Source of the DNA: an archaeon
GTDB lineage: Archaea > Nanobdellota > Nanobdellia > CSSed11-243R1
Reading direction: 5' to 3'
DNA length: 64,000 bases
Assembly (NCBI GenBank): GCA_024277205.1
Contig: JAJRVP010000005.1
Span: forward strand, 2,286 to 66,285
The notes beneath the pieces were generated by a model, which was not told where the DNA came from, searched no databases, and worked only from the letters and a program-made list of their open reading frames with translations. Shown here in pieces: positions 47,919 through 57,302 of this stretch (within the stretch, counting starts at the first letter, position 1; each line of letters begins with the position of its first letter). A program made the translations under genes and the position numbers.

Positions 47919-48781
47919 TAATTGTTAGGTATGGAGAAATTGGGATAAAGTCTTATTGGGTTAGACGAGAGTTTGAAAAAAGATTAGTAGATAATATCCC
48001 GAGGGCTCTTTTAGAAAATAAAATAGAATTAGAAAAGATATGGCAGAGTGGTGCTAGAACATACATCTGGTGCAAGCCAATTAATAAGGCATTAAAAGTA
48101 TTGAAAAATGTATTTGGGGTTGTTTCATATTCTCTTGCATATGTTATAAAAACGGATTTAAATGAAATGAAAAAATTTGCTCTTAAACTGTATAAAAAAA
48201 GTGGAAAGAAAAAATTCAGAATATCCACACGGAGAATATATAAAAAATTTCCTTTAACATCAATGCAAGTAAGTGCAGAAGTTGGGGCGTATGTTATTGA
48301 TAAAACAGAAGCTAAGGTAGATTTAACAAGATACGACATTAATATTTGTTTTGAAATAACAAAAAATAGAACTTTTGTATTTTCTGATTTCTACAAAGGG
48401 TGGGGTGGTTTACCAATTGGTACACAAGGAAAAGTTCTATGTGTGCTCTCTGATAAAAAAGAATCCCTATTTAACGCATGGTTAATGGCTAGAAGAGGTT
48501 GTGAAATTGTTTTGGCTGGAAAGAATAAGCGTTCTTTTGCAAAAAAATTTGAAAAAAAATACTATTATTTTGAAGAAGAATTGAGTTATTATGATTTAAC
48601 AGATTTTAGTATTGAAAAAATAATTGAGATAGCTAAACGGGAAGGTGCAAAAGCCATTGTTGTTGATAATTCCAGAATCAATGTTTTCGAAGGAAAAACA
48701 GATTTAATTGTATTTTATCCTTCTTTGGGATATTCGCCACAACAAATAAGAAAAATTTGGAAGGAATTAGATTTTGATTAG
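47906..48781 (+). CDS. ThiI-like THUMP protein with a degenerate PP-loop
   Basis: VRYGEIGIKS, THUMP region, GGLPIGTQGK; the SGGxDS motif reads SDKKES. Confidence 0.85.
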   Translation: MEKVIIVRYGEIGIKSYWVRREFEKRLVDNIPRALLENKIELEKIWQSGARTYIWCKPINKALKVLKNVFGVVSYSLAYVIKTDLNEMKKFALKLYKKSGKKKFRISTRRIYKKFPLTSMQVSAEVGAYVIDKTEAKVDLTRYDINICFEITKNRTFVFSDFYKGWGGLPIGTQGKVLCVLSDKKESLFNAWLMARRGCEIVLAGKNKRSFAKKFEKKYYYFEEELSYYDLTDFSIEKIIEIAKREGAKAIVVDNSRINVFEGKTDLIVFYPSLGYSPQQIRKIWKELDFD

Positions 48782-48812
48782 ATTTTTATATAAGTGATTA
48801 TTTAAGAGATAT

Positions 48813-49178
48813 ATGGCAAGAACACCATCTACCATCCCGATAGTACTATTTGCTCTATTGGCATTTTTCATATTCTACCTAATAATGATTCCGCCAGTAG
48901 AAAGAGCCAGAATTCTTCAAACAGAAGAAGTTTCAGCAACAAATGTTGTTTATATTGAGGATGGTATGTTTATACCAGAAGAGATTACAATTAGCAAAGG
49001 AGATTTTGTATTGTGGATTAATAATGATATGACAAAACATAGAATAGTTGGTGCTGATTTTAAAAGTCCTGTGTTGCTTCCAAATGCAAGATATATGCAC
49101 CAATTTGATGAAAGTGGGGTTTTTGTATATTCCTCTGAGTTTTATCCAGGAATGGTTGGAAAAGTAATTGTTGAGTAA
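48813..49178 (+). CDS. Membrane-anchored cupredoxin-fold protein
   Basis: FIPEEITISKGDFVLWINND..KH and G.F.Y....PGMVGKVIV. Confidence 0.8.
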   Translation: MARTPSTIPIVLFALLAFFIFYLIMIPPVERARILQTEEVSATNVVYIEDGMFIPEEITISKGDFVLWINNDMTKHRIVGADFKSPVLLPNARYMHQFDESGVFVYSSEFYPGMVGKVIVE

Positions 49179-49179
49179 A

Positions 49180-49562
49180 ATGGCAATTAAATTTTATCCA
49201 TCTATAGAGTTAGAACTAAAGATTAAGGATATTGTTGAAAACTTGGAATGGAACACATAGATTTGTCAAGAATAAAATGTATGAAAAGTTATGGTTCTAA
49301 AGCGCGACATACAATTGCTAGGTGTTATGCTCTTTCTAAAATATGGCAAAAAGCACTAGATATAAAGGCGCATTATATAATAGAAGTAATCTCTGAAAAT
49401 TTTGACAAATTGCCTGAAAATGAAAAAGAAAAAGTTCTCATACATGAATTATTGCATGTGCCATTTAGCATGGGTGGTGGATTTAAGCACCACAAAAATT
49501 ATGTAACACGAAAGCGAGTAGAGTTACTTCATCGAGAATATAAACAAAAAGTATATAAATAA
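49180..49562 (+). CDS. Putative HEXXH metallopeptidase with an apparent frameshift near 49238-49241
   Basis: VLIHELLHVP. The upstream ATG at 49180 reads MAIKFYPSIELELKIKDIVE and would join LGMEHIDLSR if one A were added. Confidence 0.7.
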
Positions 49563-49581
49563 TTGTGTAGAATTTCGACAT

Positions 49582-49875
49582 ATGAGGGAACTAACTCTCT
49601 TACAACTCAAAGTACTTTGGTTGATAAGCAAAAAGAAGTATCATGGGTATGAATTAATGGAGAGATTAAAAGTATCTCAAGGAACAATTTATCCCCTTTT
49701 GCGTTCCTTAGAAAAAAATAGACTTATACGTTCGTTAAAAAAAGATTTGAAAAAAGAATATCAAATCACAAAAAAAGGTGGAAATTTACTTAAGAAAAGC
49801 TGTGAGGAATTTTGTGAAATTTATGAAGACATCTTCAGAGAGTATGTCTGTAAAAAATGCGGGGTGAAAAAATGA
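49582..49875 (+). CDS. PadR-family transcriptional regulator
   Basis: HGYEL, SQGTIYPLL..LE, YQITKKG; C-terminal CxxC. Confidence 0.9.
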   Translation: MRELTLLQLKVLWLISKKKYHGYELMERLKVSQGTIYPLLRSLEKNRLIRSLKKDLKKEYQITKKGGNLLKKSCEEFCEIYEDIFREYVCKKCGVKK

Positions 49876-51080
49876 ATGAATCCATAAGGAAGGATTTTCC
49901 ATTTCTTAAGAGGAAGATAAGAGGTAAACCAATAATCTATTTTGATAATACAGCATCAACTCAAAAACCGCAAGTTATGATTGATGCTCTAAAAGATTTT
50001 TATGAAAACCATTATGCAAATATTCACAGAGGGATATATACTCTTTCACAAGAAGCCTCAGAAATGTATGAAAAAGCGCATGACAAGGTTGCAAAATTTA
50101 TTGGGGCTCGCGGAAGAGAAGAAATAATATTCACACGAAATACAACTGAATCTTTGAATTTGGTTGCACACAGTTTAAATCTTAAAAAAGGAGATGAAGT
50201 CATTATAACAGAAATGGAACACCATTCTAACATGATTCCTTGGATGATGCTTAAAGATAAAGGAGTAAAATTAAAGTTTCTTGAAGTTGATAAAAATGGT
50301 GAAATAGTTCTTGATAAACTTCCAAGTTTAATAACAAAAAATACCAAAGTGATAAGTTGTGTTCATATGTCAAATTTCCTTGGGACAATAAATCCTGTTG
50401 AAAAAATTGGAAAAATTGCAAAAGAAAATGGAATAATCTTTGTTGTTGATGGTGCACAATCTGTTCCACATATGCCAATCAATGTTAAAAAAATTAATTG
50501 TGACTTTTTGGCTTTTTCTGCTCACAAGATGTGTGGTCCAACTGGAATTGGTGTACTCTATGGAAAAAAAGAAATTTTAGAAAATATGAAGCCATTTCTT
50601 GGTGGTGGGGATATGATAAATGAAGTGGATTATGAAGGATACACCACACATACTCTTCCTTGGAAATTTGAAGCTGGCACAGCAAATATTGCTGATGGAT
50701 ATGCTTTTGGTGTAGCAATTGATTATCTATCTAAAATTGGAATGGACAACATATGGAAACATGAACAAAAGCTAACAAAATTTGTTTTGGAAAAACTTAT
50801 GCAAATGAAAAATGTTGAGATATATGGGCCTCTTGATTGGAAAAAGAGGGGTGGTTTGGTTTCATTTAATGTAAAAGGTATGGAAGCGCATGATGTGGCT
50901 GGTATTTTAGACAATAGGGCAAATATTTGCGTGAGAAGCGGACATCACTGTGCAATGCCTATGCATAAAAAACTTGGTGTAAACGGCTCTGTGAGAGCAT
51001 CATTTTATTTATATAACACAGAAAAAGAAATTGAAGTTTTTATTAAACATTTAAATGAAATTGTAAATGTGTTTGGGTGA
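49872..51080 (+). CDS. sufS: Cysteine desulfurase, SufS group
   Basis: YFDNTAS, EHHSN, DGAQS, SAHKMCGP, RSGHHCA. Confidence 0.95.
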   Translation: MNESIRKDFPFLKRKIRGKPIIYFDNTASTQKPQVMIDALKDFYENHYANIHRGIYTLSQEASEMYEKAHDKVAKFIGARGREEIIFTRNTTESLNLVAHSLNLKKGDEVIITEMEHHSNMIPWMMLKDKGVKLKFLEVDKNGEIVLDKLPSLITKNTKVISCVHMSNFLGTINPVEKIGKIAKENGIIFVVDGAQSVPHMPINVKKINCDFLAFSAHKMCGPTGIGVLYGKKEILENMKPFLGGGDMINEVDYEGYTTHTLPWKFEAGTANIADGYAFGVAIDYLSKIGMDNIWKHEQKLTKFVLEKLMQMKNVEIYGPLDWKKRGGLVSFNVKGMEAHDVAGILDNRANICVRSGHHCAMPMHKKLGVNGSVRASFYLYNTEKEIEVFIKHLNEIVNVFG

Positions 51081-51417
51081 TATATTGAATCTAAAAGAGA
51101 AATTCATAAAAGAAGTTTTAAAAATTAAAGGAAGTCATAGTTTTGAAACTTCAAAAGAAGATTTAATTGGGTTTTGGTTTGAAGGTGTTGAAGGTGAAGC
51201 TCTTTCATTAATTTTAAAAGATGAAGGTATTGAAGCTTCAACAGAATCTCCTTGTATTAAAAAATACAAAAAATCTTCTGGTTTAACACATGAACAAGCC
51301 CATGGTTCTTTAACAATAAGATGGGGTGACGCTTTTAATGAAGGTGACGTGAATAAAATGGTAAATGCTATCAAAAAAGGGGTTGAAAAACTAAGAAAAA
51401 TATCTGGGTGGAAATGA
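51067..51417 (+). CDS. Stand-alone IscS/NifS C-terminal-domain-like protein
   Basis: F.GVEGEAL..L...GIEASTESPC and AHGSLTIRWG resemble IscS STGSAC and AHGSLRFSLG; no PLP domain. Confidence 0.7.
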   Translation: MCLGDILNLKEKFIKEVLKIKGSHSFETSKEDLIGFWFEGVEGEALSLILKDEGIEASTESPCIKKYKKSSGLTHEQAHGSLTIRWGDAFNEGDVNKMVNAIKKGVEKLRKISGWK

Positions 51418-51791
51418 TGGAGTATTCAAAAAAAGTTTTGGAATATTTTAGAAATCCAAAAAATATGGGAAGATTAAAAGATGCTGATGCTATTGGTAAA
51501 GCTGGCAATCCTACTTGTGGAGATGTAATGGAAATTTATATCAAAGTGGAAGATAATAAAATTGTTGATATATCATTTCAAACTCTTGGATGTGCAGTTG
51601 CAATTGCTATGTCATCTATATTAACTGAGATGGTAAAAGGCAAAACTCTTGAACAAGCTGAAAAGATAACAAGTAAAGAAATTGTAGAAAAACTTGGTGG
51701 AGTTCCACCACCAAAATTTCATTGTTCTATACTCGCAAAAGAAGCTCTTAAAAAAGCAATAGAAAATTATAAGAAAAAAATTAAGAAGTGA
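51408..51791 (+). CDS. iscU: Fe-S scaffold IscU/NifU N-terminal type
   Basis: NPKNMG, GNPTCGD, GCAVAIA, PPKFHCS. Confidence 0.93.
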   Translation: MEMMEYSKKVLEYFRNPKNMGRLKDADAIGKAGNPTCGDVMEIYIKVEDNKIVDISFQTLGCAVAIAMSSILTEMVKGKTLEQAEKITSKEIVEKLGGVPPPKFHCSILAKEALKKAIENYKKKIKK

Positions 51792-52050
51792 AATATTTCC
51801 TAATTTTTTTATCAACTTTAAAGAAATCTAATTTAACTCCTGCGTCAATATATGCCCATGAGATTATAAATGCTTCAAAAGCTTCAATATATTTTCCTTT
51901 TTCAAAAAAATATTTTCCATCTTCAAAATAATTTTCTGCAAAGGAATAAAATTCATCCGCATTTTTATTGTTGATTATCTCTATGTTATCAAAAATTTCT
52001 TTCATTCTTTCCATCTCTCTTTTTGCAGCATCTTTAATTTCCATTTTCAA
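51781..52050 (-). CDS. DUF357-family protein
   Basis: AENYFEDGKYFFEKG..IEAFEA...WAYIDAG. Confidence 0.85.
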   Translation of the reverse strand: MKMEIKDAAKREMERMKEIFDNIEIINNKNADEFYSFAENYFEDGKYFFEKGKYIEAFEAFIISWAYIDAGVKLDFFKVDKKIRKYFTS

Positions 52051-52582
52051 TTGCCTCTTTTAATTTTTCAGGAGATTCCCCAATTATATCAAATATTTCT
52101 TCCTCGAGTGAAAAAACAAGTTTCTCATCAACTCTTTTTTCAGGAGGAACATTATATCTTTTGATTAGGTCATCTAATCGTTCCTTTACACTTACAATTT
52201 TATCGTGCCTAGCTCTCAAATCTGCATATTGCATAACCTTTTCTTCCCATGTTTTCAAGTTTTGAATTTCTTTTAAGGAATGCATCCTAACAATGTGGCC
52301 CAATTCAGGATATCCTTCTTTAATCAAAATTTTCTCACCATCAAGATGATGGTTCTCGTTCTCAGGCGGAATATGTTCTCGTATCACCTTAGACTTTGCA
52401 ATATCATGTAATAAAGATGCCCTATCAACTAAATCAATATTTATATCAATCTCTTTTTCTTTAAGTTTTTTAGCAAGATAAACCGCAATTTTATTTACAA
52501 GTTTAGTATGTTCAATTATATTTGGAAATGTCTTGTACTTTTCTAAAAGTTTAAAACATTCTTCTCTTGTTGGCAATTTCAT
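52034..52582 (-). CDS. HD-domain (HDIG-type) phosphohydrolase
   Basis: H...V..IA, LLHDIAK, YAD motifs; start corrected to MKLPTREE (ATGA overlap with mnmA). Confidence 0.85.
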   Translation of the reverse strand: MKLPTREECFKLLEKYKTFPNIIEHTKLVNKIAVYLAKKLKEKEIDINIDLVDRASLLHDIAKSKVIREHIPPENENHHLDGEKILIKEGYPELGHIVRMHSLKEIQNLKTWEEKVMQYADLRARHDKIVSVKERLDDLIKRYNVPPEKRVDEKLVFSLEEEIFDIIGESPEKLKEAIENGN

Positions 52583-53640
52583 ACAATCCATCCTCCACCA
52601 AGCACAATGTCTTTTTTTATGAAAACTGCTATTTGTCCTGGAGATACTGCCCATATAGGTTCTTTTGGCACAACTTTAACTTTTTTTCCTTCTGGTACAA
52701 TTTTTACCTTTTTGGGTTGAGTTTTATTTCTTACTAAAACTTCTGCATTTATAGGTTTCTTTGGTGTGTCAATGGAAACCCAATTTAATCCATTAACATA
52801 AAAGTGTTCGAAGAATAAATCTTTTCTCTCACCAACAACAACTTCATTCTTTCTTGGGCGGATTCCAATAACATATAACTTCTTATGACTTTTTATTCCA
52901 AGCCCTTTTCTTTGTCCAATTGTATAATGAATGTATCCATTGTGTTTTCCTAAAATATTTCCATTTTTATCAACAATATTGCCTTTGCCAATTTTTTTAT
53001 TAATGTTCTCCTCTACGAAATCCCCTTTTTCCTTATGAAGAAAACACAAATCTTGATTCTCTGGTTTGTTAAAAACACGAATATGATTTTCTTTTGCAAT
53101 TTTTCTTATTTCTTCTTTTGTATAATCCCCAATTGGAAATAATAGTTTTGAAAATACTTTTCTTGGGAGCATTGAAAGAACATAAGATTGGTCCTTTTTT
53201 ACATCAACTGGGCGATTCAAAATTATTTTTTTACCTCTTTTGCATAATCTTGCATAATGTCCTGTTGCAACTAACTCAGCTCCAAGCTTTTCTGCTTCTT
53301 TAATTAATGCACCAAACTTTACTTTTTGATTGCAAGGCACACAAGGGTTTGGATTTTTGCCTTTTAAACTTTCTTTAACAAAATAATCAATTACTCCTTT
53401 TTCAAAAATTTTTCTTAAATCAATTACATAATGTTTAATTCCTAAATCTTTTGCAACAAGTTTTGCTTGTTTTATATCATCAAGAGAACAGCATTTTGAA
53501 CCTGGGATTGTTTTCATTGTTATACCAAAAACATCTGCACCTGATTTTTTAAGTAAAAATGCGCAGACAGAGCTATCAACACCCCCACTCATAGCTACTG
53601 CAATCTTTTTTCCTCTAACTCTTTTTATTAAAGACTTCAT
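52579..53640 (-). CDS. mnmA: tRNA 2-thiouridylase MnmA
   Basis: AMSGGVDSSV, PNPCVPCN, ATGHYA, KDQSY, QDLCF, YTIGQRKG, PGQ. Confidence 0.95.
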   Translation of the reverse strand: MKSLIKRVRGKKIAVAMSGGVDSSVCAFLLKKSGADVFGITMKTIPGSKCCSLDDIKQAKLVAKDLGIKHYVIDLRKIFEKGVIDYFVKESLKGKNPNPCVPCNQKVKFGALIKEAEKLGAELVATGHYARLCKRGKKIILNRPVDVKKDQSYVLSMLPRKVFSKLLFPIGDYTKEEIRKIAKENHIRVFNKPENQDLCFLHKEKGDFVEENINKKIGKGNIVDKNGNILGKHNGYIHYTIGQRKGLGIKSHKKLYVIGIRPRKNEVVVGERKDLFFEHFYVNGLNWVSIDTPKKPINAEVLVRNKTQPKKVKIVPEGKKVKVVPKEPIWAVSPGQIAVFIKKDIVLGGGWIV

Positions 53641-53695
53641 AAAGACAGATTTAATTTAGCAGTTTTTAAATATAACGAATTGATATAACTATGTT

Positions 53696-54331
53696 ATGAA
53701 CAACGAAGAATTAGTTCAACACCTAATTAATCATGGGGCTCTAAAAACAAAAGAAATTATAGAAGCATTTAGAAAAGTTGACAGGGTGAATTTTTGCTTA
53801 AAAGAATATAGGCATCTTGCTTATGTTGATCAGCCCCTTCCTATTCTTGTTGGACAAACAATTTCTCAACCAACAACAGTTGCAATAATGACTGAATCTT
53901 TACAGCCACATAAAGGAGACAAAGTCCTTGAGATTGGAACTGGAAGTGGATATCAAGCTGCAATTCTTGCAGAAATTGTAAAACCTGGAAAAGTTTATAC
54001 AATTGAAAGAATAAAAGAGCTTGTTGAATTTGCAAAAAATAATCTTAAAGACTATGAAAATGTTGAGATTATCCATGGAGATGGTTCTAAAGGATTAAAA
54101 GAAAAAGCACCTTTTGATTGTATCATAGTTACGGCGTGTGCTCCAGAAATACCTGAAATTTTGAAAGAACAATTAGCATATGGTGGGAGAATGGTTATCC
54201 CTATTGGTGAAAGTGAACATTCGCAAGATTTACTTTTAATAAGAAAAAAGGAAAAATTTGAGATAATAAATTTGGGTCCTTTTGCATTTGTGCCTTTGAT
54301 TGGAAAATATGGTTTTAAATTGACTCAGTAA
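53696..54331 (+). CDS. pcm: Protein-L-isoaspartate O-methyltransferase
   Basis: AYVDQPLPI, QTISQP, VLEIGTGSGYQAA, APFD, FVPL. Confidence 0.95.
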   Translation: MNNEELVQHLINHGALKTKEIIEAFRKVDRVNFCLKEYRHLAYVDQPLPILVGQTISQPTTVAIMTESLQPHKGDKVLEIGTGSGYQAAILAEIVKPGKVYTIERIKELVEFAKNNLKDYENVEIIHGDGSKGLKEKAPFDCIIVTACAPEIPEILKEQLAYGGRMVIPIGESEHSQDLLLIRKKEKFEIINLGPFAFVPLIGKYGFKLTQ

Positions 54332-55208
54332 AAATTGTTTTGACTTCATCGAAGAGTTTTGGAATTTTTTCTTTTGATTCGAATTTTGCTTTTGCATAAG
54401 AAATTATTTTTTCAGGAATGTTAATGCCACTAATTTTAATTGCATCTCCAAGAAGAGGACATAGATTAACATCTACCACAATTGGTTCGGCAGTATCCAA
54501 GATATCAACTCTTGCATAATCTGTTTTTAAAATATTTGCAACATTAAGTGCAGTTTTGATTATTTTTCGGTTTGGTTTTATTTTTTTCAATTCTCCGCCT
54601 GCATAATCAATCTCTTTTGGTTCTTTTTCTAAAGCAGTTAGTACTTCATCTCCTAAAACAAAAACCTGTATCAATTTTGCTTCTGGGTAATATTCTTCGA
54701 AAAGCATTGGCTGTTCTAAAACTTGAAGTGCATCTATCATTGATTTTGCCTCTTGTTGGGAATTAGCAAGCATTACTTTTTTCTTATCTGTCGGAACTTT
54801 GATTAAAATTGGAAATCTTAAAAGTTTCAAATCAAATACTCCTGTTTGAGGATCATCTGCAAATATTACTCTTGGCACATTTATGCCAAATCTTGAAAGA
54901 ATTTGATAAAGAGAAAGTTTAGAAGATGCTATGTAAAAACTTTTTGGAGAATAAATAGAAATTGCTTTTTCAGGTAATGCCTCTAAAATTGGGGCTGCAA
55001 GATTATATTTTGACTTTGGAATTCTAAATAATATTACATCAAATTTTGAGATGTCTTCATATTCATAAACAAAATTTATTCCATTGTCTATAAGAAGAGA
55101 AATACAAGAGATAGGTATTTGTTTAACATTGGCTATCTTTTTTGCTTCTTCTAAAAGCAATTCATCTGTTTTCTTTTTTTGTTTTGAACTTATTAAACAA
55201 ATTTCCAT
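54315..55208 (-). CDS. RimK-like ATP-grasp protein, degenerate
   Basis: FPILIK, EEY, RVDI..DVN; lacks the GxxGxGV loop. Confidence 0.75.
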   Translation of the reverse strand: MEICLISSKQKKKTDELLLEEAKKIANVKQIPISCISLLIDNGINFVYEYEDISKFDVILFRIPKSKYNLAAPILEALPEKAISIYSPKSFYIASSKLSLYQILSRFGINVPRVIFADDPQTGVFDLKLLRFPILIKVPTDKKKVMLANSQQEAKSMIDALQVLEQPMLFEEYYPEAKLIQVFVLGDEVLTALEKEPKEIDYAGGELKKIKPNRKIIKTALNVANILKTDYARVDILDTAEPIVVDVNLCPLLGDAIKISGINIPEKIISYAKAKFESKEKIPKLFDEVKTIFTESI

Positions 55209-55210
55209 TT

Positions 55211-56086
55211 TTACCTCTTTGTTTCATTATGGCAAAATCTAACTATTTTTTCAGCAACATTTTTTCCTGTTTTAGTTTGAGAAATTGCTTTTAAACCTGG
55301 ATTAAGATTAACTTCAATTACTTTTGGGCCATCTTCGCTTTGAATCATATCAATAGCGCATATTTTTGATTTTACTGCCTCGGCTGCTTTAAAACAAATT
55401 TCTTCTTCTTCTTTTGTAAGATTGTAATCGATTGGTTTTCCTCCTAAAAAAAAGTTTGAACGTTTTTCTCCTTTTTTTGCAACTCTTTTGAAACTAGCAA
55501 CTATCTCATCTCCTGCAACAATTCCTCTAATGTCCTCTCCTGGATTTGGAACATAATCCTCAATCAGCAAATCTTGCTTCAAAACACCAAGGGTTTTGAA
55601 AACACTTTTTGCAGCAGTTTCACCCTCTATAAAGAGAACACCTTTCCCACCAAAAGAACTTACAAGTTTGATAACAACTGGGAATTCCATTAATTCTATT
55701 ATTTCATTTGCTGATTTTTGTGAAGCAGTATACATTGTTTTTGGGACAGGTACTCCTTTTTTCTTAATCTCAAAAATCGTTGCAAACTTATTGTGTGCTA
55801 TTAATATGCTTTCTGCAGGATATGGCTTTTTAACATTAAAAAAATCTAACATTTTTATTATATGATATCCAAAACTTGCATGCCTTGAATCTATTCTTGG
55901 CAAAACATAATCATAATCTAGAAGAGAATCATCCTCATAGATAATCCCAAAATTTTCAGAAACTTCGAGTGCAACTTCTTTTAATGGAACAAATTCAACT
56001 GTTTTGAACATTTTTTTAGCTGCAGAAATTAACATATCAGTTGAAACTGATTTCTGTTTTGGGGCAAGTACAAGTAGATTTACCAT
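55211..56086 (-). CDS. RimK-family alpha-L-glutamate ligase
   Basis: HNK, PVVIK..SFGGKGV, EDIR, RSN..GG, IEVNLNPG. Confidence 0.88.
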   Translation of the reverse strand: MVNLLVLAPKQKSVSTDMLISAAKKMFKTVEFVPLKEVALEVSENFGIIYEDDSLLDYDYVLPRIDSRHASFGYHIIKMLDFFNVKKPYPAESILIAHNKFATIFEIKKKGVPVPKTMYTASQKSANEIIELMEFPVVIKLVSSFGGKGVLFIEGETAAKSVFKTLGVLKQDLLIEDYVPNPGEDIRGIVAGDEIVASFKRVAKKGEKRSNFFLGGKPIDYNLTKEEEEICFKAAEAVKSKICAIDMIQSEDGPKVIEVNLNPGLKAISQTKTGKNVAEKIVRFCHNETKR

Positions 56087-56087
56087 T

Positions 56088-56447
56088 TTACTCCATCTTT
56101 TTTGAGCGCTCAACATCAACAATAAAATTAGAACGGATTATATCTCTCCCAATAAGAACTTTGTGCTTTAGATTTCTTCTATTTGCAACACTTACTTCAA
56201 CAGGAATTTTTTTCCCACCAATCTCAATTTTTGCTCTAAATACTGGGCGCCTTACATAGGGTTTATCTCCTGTTGTTGCAGATTTAACTCTAACAAATTT
56301 TATTACCGGGCCCAATCCTGCTTCAATTGCAATTTTTTCATCTACGCAACTTCTTGCAGCACCAGTATCTATCTTTGCGAGTGCTGAAACTGTTTTTTTT
56401 CCTATGACTTTTACAGGTTCTATCAAACCCACAACAATTTTTTTCAT
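56088..56447 (-). CDS. RimK-associated retropepsin-like aspartyl protease (RimB-like)
   Basis: AKIDTGA, R..L...VLIGRD. Confidence 0.85.
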   Translation of the reverse strand: MKKIVVGLIEPVKVIGKKTVSALAKIDTGAARSCVDEKIAIEAGLGPVIKFVRVKSATTGDKPYVRRPVFRAKIEIGGKKIPVEVSVANRRNLKHKVLIGRDIIRSNFIVDVERSKKME

Positions 56448-56452
56448 AAGAA

Positions 56453-57280
56453 TCACTTAATCACACAACTCTTTTTCATAAACAAATAATTTGGAATCTG
56501 GATTTCATTCTTGTTGGAATCCAGCACAGTATATATTAATCCAATCTCTTTAATTTTTCCTTTTTTATTATCAAATTCTATTGTTATGCCTTTTCGGAAA
56601 TTTCCACTGGATTGAAGGTATATACCTGCAAAGATATTTAGTGCTAAATCGCGACTTCCAATTAATGCAAATAACACTATGGCTAAAAACACAATTGTAA
56701 ATCCTGCTGTTAAAACACCTACATAAATTCCAACAATATCAAGTGCAATTGTAATTGCAATAAGGAAAATTAAAATTTTCATTAAACCTGACGAAATTGC
56801 TGAAATCATGCTTTTTTCTTTTAATTTTATTGGAGATTTTTCAATTAGATTTCCTACAACATTACCCAACACATCCCCAAACACAAGTCCGCTAATTATT
56901 ATTATCGCTGATAAAATAACTTTTGGAAGGTAAACTGCAATTGACACAAATGCTTTGGCTAAAAGTTGTTCTCCAAATATAACATGCGCTGCAGCTCCAA
57001 TAAACATAACATATATTACCCACTTTATCAAATCCCCTATTAATTCTGAAGTTGTTTTTGTATATCCAAATTTATGAAGAATCTTGTCAGTTCCTTTTGA
57101 GAGTTTATCCAAACCAGTAATCTTTCCAATCTTAACAATAATCCATTTTGTAATTTTTCCAATAATAATGCCTGCTACTAAAAAGATAATTGCTGTAAAA
57201 ATTTGTGGTAAATAACTTGATATCCAATCTGTAATTGTTACTAAACCTGTCCACCCCTGTATAAAAGTTTGATTAGCCAT
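56453..57280 (-). CDS. MscS-related membrane protein with TM_helix repeats
   Basis: YLP...A repeats; N.FAG.Y; G.I.EIG..T...IPN MscS beta-domain. Confidence 0.8.
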   Translation of the reverse strand: MANQTFIQGWTGLVTITDWISSYLPQIFTAIIFLVAGIIIGKITKWIIVKIGKITGLDKLSKGTDKILHKFGYTKTTSELIGDLIKWVIYVMFIGAAAHVIFGEQLLAKAFVSIAVYLPKVILSAIIIISGLVFGDVLGNVVGNLIEKSPIKLKEKSMISAISSGLMKILIFLIAITIALDIVGIYVGVLTAGFTIVFLAIVLFALIGSRDLALNIFAGIYLQSSGNFRKGITIEFDNKKGKIKEIGLIYTVLDSNKNEIQIPNYLFMKKSCVIK

Positions 57281-57302
57281 GAGATTTAGATATTTTTTAA
57301 TT

